Part shown: positions 16,166 to 20,176 of the stretch, in pieces | Position numbering within the stretch: the first letter of the stretch is position 1 | Layout of the letters: every line of letters starts with the position of its first letter | Virus record (IMG/VR): IMGVR_UViG_3300015179_000039 | DNA from: a virus | Taxonomy: Duplodnaviria; Heunggongvirae; Uroviricota; Caudoviricetes | Strand: one strand, 5' to 3' | DNA: 20,176 nt | Position numbers and translations under genes: made by a program | Notes under the pieces: generated by a model | Databases searched by the model: none | Told to the model about the DNA's origin: nothing | The model's input: only the letters and a program-made list of their open reading frames with translations

Positions 16166-16972
16166 ATGAGTGTTATGAATCCAATAAGTTCTAATATATT
16201 TAATGCTGAATTTTTAAACACCCCGGCAGCGGCACTTGCCGCATGGATTTCCATTATTGGAGCTGTTATAACTTTGGTGACGATAGTTATAAGAGCACTA
16301 TTCAAATATAGAAAATCTCATGATGTAATTTTGAAAAAATCAGGAATACCTGCGTTTATATTAAATTTCTTTCTTATAAAAATATCATTAAAAAGGCTGC
16401 CTACTATCACATGGGCTGAAAAATCATTCACGGTTCTATTTTCGCTTCTTTTTTTGTGTGCAATTTATCTTTTTGGTCCAGTTTTCATCCAAGCCATTAG
16501 AACCCCACCAAATAGCACATTGCTTTATTGGATAAAGTCCGGTGAATCATTTTATATGTCAAAAAAAATGGCGACTGCAGCTACAATATTAACCACTCCT
16601 GATTGGGAAATATCAAAGGATGATTGCGAAGAGTCATCCTCTGCCAGTACAGAGAAGTACAAATCATTAACTATCGAACATAAAGAAATTCTTTGTAAAC
16701 TACTAACCACTGATGAAGGGAATGCTTACATTGATGAAGAAGTCAAGAATTTCGTTAAAGACAAATTTTTTATCTATTCCTTTGCCCCAACAACTATATT
16801 TATTCTATTATGGATTTCTTTGGGTTTTATACTGACCATTCACTATTCTAAAAAAGTTAGAAAATATATTCTAACTGAACAAAAAAATGCAATTCATTGG
16901 GCATATGGTGAATTCAAGACAGAAGGAATCTATTCAATATATCAAGAGTTAGAACATAAGACTCACCATTAA
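16166..16972 (+). CDS. AT-rich moron gene: hypothetical multi-pass membrane protein
   Basis: 268-aa ORF with ATG start and an AGGTGG Shine-Dalgarno 6 nt upstream. GC content is visibly far below the flanking tail genes. Predicted TM helices near residues 20-45, 88-110 and 205-230 (possibly one more at 60-75), plus a charged loop of about 95 aa. No motif I recognise. Confidence 0.7.
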   Translation: MSVMNPISSNIFNAEFLNTPAAALAAWISIIGAVITLVTIVIRALFKYRKSHDVILKKSGIPAFILNFFLIKISLKRLPTITWAEKSFTVLFSLLFLCAIYLFGPVFIQAIRTPPNSTLLYWIKSGESFYMSKKMATAATILTTPDWEISKDDCEESSSASTEKYKSLTIEHKEILCKLLTTDEGNAYIDEEVKNFVKDKFFIYSFAPTTIFILLWISLGFILTIHYSKKVRKYILTEQKNAIHWAYGEFKTEGIYSIYQELEHKTHH

Positions 16973-17360
16973 GACCCAGCAGGCGGCGCTCTGCGTAACG
17001 GACCTCCGGTCCTTTGCGACTGACGCGATCACGCAGGCCGTAATGGTGAACACGGGCAATACGCTGCACCTTGCCTTCAAACTGTACGCTGGCAGAGTCG
17101 GCGCTGGCGGCAGTTTTCAGGTATTTTGTGGTGCGCAGCTTTGCAAACATCTGACGTTTGATGCGGCCTTTTTTGCTGCGTGCTGTTACCCTGCGCGGTT
17201 CATAACTGCTGCCATCTGGATTGCGCTGCATCCTGATATTCTGCTGCTGTGTCCGGCGCAGTTCCTGCGCCAGCTGGCGCATCATGCGGCTTCTCGTGGC
17301 TGGTTCCAGATTCGCCAGCAAGGCACTCAGCCAGTCGTCCACCTTCTGCAGTTCAGCCAC
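16914..17360 (-). CDS. S: tail completion protein S
   Basis: 148-aa ORF (MAELQKVDDWLSALLANLEPATRSRMMRQLAQELRR...) in the P2 gpS position after R. Its last 19 or so codons lie in AT-rich DNA antisense to the moron gene. Confidence 0.85.
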   Translation of the reverse strand: MAELQKVDDWLSALLANLEPATRSRMMRQLAQELRRTQQQNIRMQRNPDGSSYEPRRVTARSKKGRIKRQMFAKLRTTKYLKTAASADSASVQFEGKVQRIARVHHYGLRDRVSRKGPEVRYAERRLLGLNGESYVLTLDILNRFLLS

Positions 17361-17784
17361 GTTTCACCGTCCACATTTCTTCAGGTTCATCGGGTTCTGC
17401 TACAGCTTCAACGCTCGACACACTGCCGTCAGTGCTGACCAGCACACGCTCCGTCAGTTGCAGGTTCAGGCTGATATCACAGACATCGTTGCGCAGAATA
17501 TCCACCTCAAAGGTGAATAGTTTTTCCCGTAACGCCGGGTTATTGATGGCATCGGGCTGGTTATCCCTCAGCCACAGCAAAACCGGGGCCATCAGCAGAT
17601 TCTGGTCGCCGCTGAAATCCTCAATCACCACGTTCAGGGTGTAGCGGTACTCCCATGACATGGAGCTGGCCCCCGTGGCAACCAGCGAACCGTTATCCAC
17701 AAACAGATGCAGTTTGTCCGGGTTATTGCGGACATAAGGCACCGCTTTATTGAGGGCGTGGCGCAGGGATTGTGGTTTGTTCAC
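17353..17784 (-). CDS. R: tail completion protein R
   Basis: P2 R-like ORF (VNKPQSLRHALNKAVPYVRNNPDKLHLFVDNG...). The track begins at a TTG at 17805; I favour the GTG about 21 nt downstream, which is preceded by AGGAG. Start is uncertain. Confidence 0.82.
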   Translation of the reverse strand: MNKPQSLRHALNKAVPYVRNNPDKLHLFVDNGSLVATGASSMSWEYRYTLNVVIEDFSGDQNLLMAPVLLWLRDNQPDAINNPALREKLFTFEVDILRNDVCDISLNLQLTERVLVSTDGSVSSVEAVAEPDEPEEMWTVKRG

Positions 17785-18037
17785 TGTTTCGCTCCTGACA
17801 CGCAATAATCATATCCACTTTGTCTGCACAGACCGCCCAGGCGGCCTCCGTTTCATCCAGCAACGCGTTCAGATCACCGTTAGTGCGCGGCGCTGCCTGA
17901 TCCAGCCGACACGGCGTCACTCGCGGACAACCACTGACGGTAAGCTGCACCTCCGGTGAGTGTGGGGCGTTCCCGCAGCCGGATAATGTCAGCAGGCAAA
18001 GGAGTATCAGCCCAGCGGCGTAAATCCTCGTTCTCAC
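17747..18037 (-). CDS. lysC: outer-membrane spanin lipoprotein (LysC/Rz1-like)
   Basis: 96-aa ORF with a signal peptide and lipobox (MRTRIYAAGLILLCLLTLSGC) and a Pro-rich C-terminus. Starts inside lysB in another frame and extends past its stop. Likely GTG start. Confidence 0.8.
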   Translation of the reverse strand: MRTRIYAAGLILLCLLTLSGCGNAPHSPEVQLTVSGCPRVTPCRLDQAAPRTNGDLNALLDETEAAWAVCADKVDMIIACQERNSEQTTIPAPRPQ

Positions 18038-18308
18038 GTTTCAGTTCCTCGATCCGGTGTTGTCGTTGTCTCAGCAGCGCGCTGGTCTGTTCTGCTTCGG
18101 CATAGAGCCGCGCCTGCTCCCGGTTATTGGTTTCAGTCAGAATAGACAGGCTGATAAGCTGGCTGTTGCTCTTTGCCAGTGCCTGGCTTTTGCTCTGCAG
18201 CTCGTCTGCCTGCGTGCTGATGGTCTGGCTGGCATCAGCCAGCCGCCACGTCTGCCAGCCCAGCGCCGCCAGTAATAACGCCAGCACAACCAGCAGCAAC
18301 CGGTTCAT
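17880..18308 (-). CDS. lysB: inner-membrane spanin (LysB/Rz-like)
   Basis: 142-aa ORF with an N-terminal TM helix (LLLVVLALLLAALGW) followed by a coiled-coil-like periplasmic region; in the P2 lysB position. Confidence 0.85.
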   Translation of the reverse strand: MNRLLLVVLALLLAALGWQTWRLADASQTISTQADELQSKSQALAKSNSQLISLSILTETNNREQARLYAEAEQTSALLRQRQHRIEELKRENEDLRRWADTPLPADIIRLRERPTLTGGAAYRQWLSASDAVSAGSGSAAH

Positions 18309-18682
18309 GCTGCTACCTGTTGCGCCATCTGATTACGGGTGATCCAGAAGGCAATAACGGTCAGTAGATAAAAGACCAGGGTAATAGCCCACCCCGTCCA
18401 AGCGAGACTTACAACAATCAGCAATCGCATCACCCAACTGGTAAATACGTTTTCTTTTCGGGTAATTGTCTTCAGCAAAGATGCCCTCAACTCCTGCCAG
18501 AGCGGGCCATTCTTAATTAACGCAACCAGTGCTACCGGAATTACCGCCCATGTCAGCAAACAGGCTACCCAAACGCCGGACGCTGCCAGTACCGGAAAAA
18601 TCCCCTGCGGATACACCATTGCTGCGATTAACAGCGCCATCCATAACATCAGAAACAGTCCGCTGATTAATTTCTTTTTCAT
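18305..18682 (-). CDS. lysA: lysis-timing membrane protein LysA-like
   Basis: Four-TM hydrophobic protein starting at MKKKLISGLF, with GGAG 7 nt upstream. The track ORF extends to 18754 without an RBS. In the P2 lysA position. Confidence 0.75.
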   Translation of the reverse strand: MKKKLISGLFLMLWMALLIAAMVYPQGIFPVLAASGVWVACLLTWAVIPVALVALIKNGPLWQELRASLLKTITRKENVFTSWVMRLLIVVSLAWTGWAITLVFYLLTVIAFWITRNQMAQQVAA

Positions 18683-18683
18683 T

Positions 18684-19196
18684 TCAGTTTGCTCCCTGTA
18701 AACACCAGGCCATCTCCCGCGCACGGCGGTTATCCAGCCCCTGATTAAACACACCTTTTACATACACCCAGCGCGGCAACTGTCGGCACGCATCCGCCCA
18801 GCGCCGCTGATTGAGCAATTTCACCAGCGTGGAACTGCAGGCATTGCCCGTCCCCACGTTGAAGGCAAACGACACCGCAGCGTCATACACCTTCTGCGGC
18901 GGCTGTTGCTTCACACACCTTTCCAGCGCCCGCTCCACACGCAGCACGTTGGAGATCAGCCCTTCTGCTGCCTGTCGCTCCGTAATGGTTTTGCCGGGAA
19001 TGACGCCCGACGTATTACCAATGCCGTCGGTCCAGACACCCGCGCTGCACTGATACGGCTGCAGACGACAACCTTCGTAATCGGCAATCAGTTTCAGCCC
19101 TTCCACGGAGGTGTGAAGCTGCTGAAAACCCGGCAGCGTGGCAGCAATAGCCAGCACGGTCCCGACAAGGCAGCGTTTAACGATTGATGGATTCAT
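18684..19196 (-). CDS. K: SAR endolysin (T4-lysozyme/GH24 type, P1 Lyz-like)
   Basis: 170-aa ORF with a weakly hydrophobic Gly/Ala-rich N-terminal segment (CLVGTVLAIAATLPGF) and the E-x8-C-x5-T catalytic triad (E41, C50, T56), plus Cys9 and Cys43. Occupies the P2 K position. Confidence 0.88.
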   Translation of the reverse strand: MNPSIVKRCLVGTVLAIAATLPGFQQLHTSVEGLKLIADYEGCRLQPYQCSAGVWTDGIGNTSGVIPGKTITERQAAEGLISNVLRVERALERCVKQQPPQKVYDAAVSFAFNVGTGNACSSTLVKLLNQRRWADACRQLPRWVYVKGVFNQGLDNRRAREMAWCLQGAN

Positions 19197-19392
19197 AGTC
19201 CTCCCGCGAGATCTGCCCGTCGCGCAGAAGCTGGTAGGCTTTGTGTTTGTAGTACCAGTTGATAGCCAGCATCAGCACACCAATCATCAGGCCGCCCAGC
19301 GTTGAGGCATCCTTGATGGACAAATCGCCCAGCCAGGCCAGCACAACGGCGATGCAGTACGTGATAAAGGCGCTGATTCGCTCAAGCGTCAT
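19177..19392 (-). CDS. holin (two-TM, pinholin-like)
   Basis: 71-aa ORF with two hydrophobic helices (ISAFITYCIAVVLAWLG and LGGLMIGVLMLAINWYY) and a charged C-terminus, immediately upstream of the endolysin in the P2 Y position. Confidence 0.75.
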   Translation of the reverse strand: MTLERISAFITYCIAVVLAWLGDLSIKDASTLGGLMIGVLMLAINWYYKHKAYQLLRDGQISREDYESINR

Positions 19393-19395
19393 AAT

Positions 19396-19599
19396 TCAGT
19401 CCCATAGCTGGACGGTCTGCACGGTGGTGGTGGTCGGAATGTCCGGCAGCTCCACCTGCAGCCCGTGAGGTAAAAAGGGGCCATATTCGGCAAGCCCCGG
19501 ATTTGCCTTCAGTACCTGCTCCGTGACACCCTGCGTGCGCCCGTAATGACGCCAGCAAAGCGCGTCCACCGAGTCATACTGATGCGCACGCACTTTCAT
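19396..19599 (-). CDS. X: tail protein X
   Basis: 67-aa ORF (MKVRAHQYDSVDALCWRHYGRTQGVTEQVLKANPGLAEYGPFLPHGLQVELPD) closely resembling P2 gpX in length and sequence. Confidence 0.88.
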   Translation of the reverse strand: MKVRAHQYDSVDALCWRHYGRTQGVTEQVLKANPGLAEYGPFLPHGLQVELPDIPTTTTVQTVQLWD

Positions 19600-20126
19600 C
19601 AGATAAGCTCCACTGTGCAGTGCGGCGCATCCTGCACCCGGCTGATGGCCCAGCGGGCGTCACGCCACAAATCACCGCTGGATTCCGCCAGTTCCTCGCC
19701 CCGCTTCACACCGGATGCCGTGGCGTCATAGTCCTGATAACGCTCGTTGAGCATGGCGCGTGCCCAGCAGTAAACCGCGTTGAAATAGTGATGAATGCGC
19801 TCACTTTTGCCGTCCAGCTGTTCAGCCGGAACCTCTGCCAGCGAGGCATATCCCAGCATCTGCTGACGTCTGCGAAACTCATACAGCTCTGCGTTGACCT
19901 CCGAAATTGCCGACAGCGCAACCTGCTTTAAACGCGGCTGCGTCACCGTGCCGTCAGTGCGCATCACGCTGCGAAACTCCGACAGGTCCACATCAGGCCA
20001 GAACGGTGTATTTCTGATGATTTCCGCCTGTTCCGGTGCCTGTTCTGGCGCAACAAACTTCATGCTGCTTTCTCCTGAAATAGAGGGCGGTGGACGGAGT
20101 TTTGATGTGGCTGTGCCTTTCGCCAC
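19599..20126 (-). CDS. L: head completion/stabilisation protein L
   Basis: C-terminus ...RVQDAPHCTVELI and position upstream of X match P2 gpL. Start is either the track ATG at 20126 or the ATG near 20063 (MKFVAPEQ..., preceded by AGGAG). Confidence 0.85.
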   Translation of the reverse strand: MAKGTATSKLRPPPSISGESSMKFVAPEQAPEQAEIIRNTPFWPDVDLSEFRSVMRTDGTVTQPRLKQVALSAISEVNAELYEFRRRQQMLGYASLAEVPAEQLDGKSERIHHYFNAVYCWARAMLNERYQDYDATASGVKRGEELAESSGDLWRDARWAISRVQDAPHCTVELI

Positions 20127-20155
20127 CCCGTGCCGCCCGTGCGCAGGGGCACGTT
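20060..20155 (-). CDS. M: possible 3' end of terminase small subunit gene M (partial)
   Basis: Based on P2 gene order only. An open frame ending in TGA overlaps the internal ATG of L, but the frame cannot be confirmed from so short a fragment. Confidence 0.3.
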   Translation of the reverse strand, partial: NVPLRTGGTGWRKAQPHQNSVHRPLFQEKAA

Positions 20156-20176
20156 AGATCGGAAGAGCGTCGTGTA
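20156..20176. other. Illumina TruSeq adapter sequence (non-biological)
   Basis: agatcggaagagcgtcgtgta is the start of the standard Illumina adapter read-through sequence AGATCGGAAGAGCGTCGTGTAGGGAAAGAGTGT. Confidence 0.85.

Larger units (their letters stand above)
2780..20155 (-). mobile_element. P2-family prophage, right arm (ogr through L/M), cut by contig end
   Basis: Collinear minus-strand set of P2 late-gene homologues running from ogr at the host junction to L/M at the window end. Left boundary (attR) lies somewhere in 2621-2855 and is not resolved; the right end is artificial (adapter at 20156). Confidence 0.9.

Noticed and set aside
16063-16305. N-terminal extension of the V ORF as given in the track (15484-16305)
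   Set aside because: The extension runs through AT-rich intergenic and promoter DNA and encodes no P2 V-like sequence. Homology begins at the ATG at 16062.
1-20176. CRISPR arrays, tRNA or rRNA genes, IS elements
   Set aside because: I saw no short regularly spaced direct repeats, no tRNA-like cloverleaf at the prophage junction, and no transposase-like ORF or terminal inverted repeats. The only recombinase is the fibre invertase.

Overview
The window is an Escherichia-type chromosome segment joined to the right arm of a P2-family (Peduovirus-like) prophage. Bases 1-2620 carry host genes grxA (+), ybjM (-) and ybjL (+). From about 2800 to the window end, essentially all genes are on the minus strand in canonical P2 late-gene order: ogr, D, U, T, E/E', FII, FI, then a Hin/Gin-family invertase with an invertible tail-fibre cassette in place of P2 Z/fun, then H, I, J, W, V, S, R, lysC/lysB/lysA, endolysin, holin, X, L and a fragment of M. 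The most interesting element is a strongly AT-rich, plus-strand gene (16166-16972) inserted between V and S that encodes a 268-aa multi-pass membrane protein of unknown function; it is a candidate phage-carried exclusion or defence determinant, but this is inference only. Other notable points: a programmed -1 frameshift site (TTTTTTG) giving E+E'; an in-frame TAG that interrupts baseplate gene W; a P1-Lyz-like SAR endolysin; and Illumina adapter sequence at the last 21 bases. All calls come from reading the sequence and the supplied ORF track; no database search was run. CDS coordinates follow the ORF track; features I placed by hand may be off by 1-2 nt.
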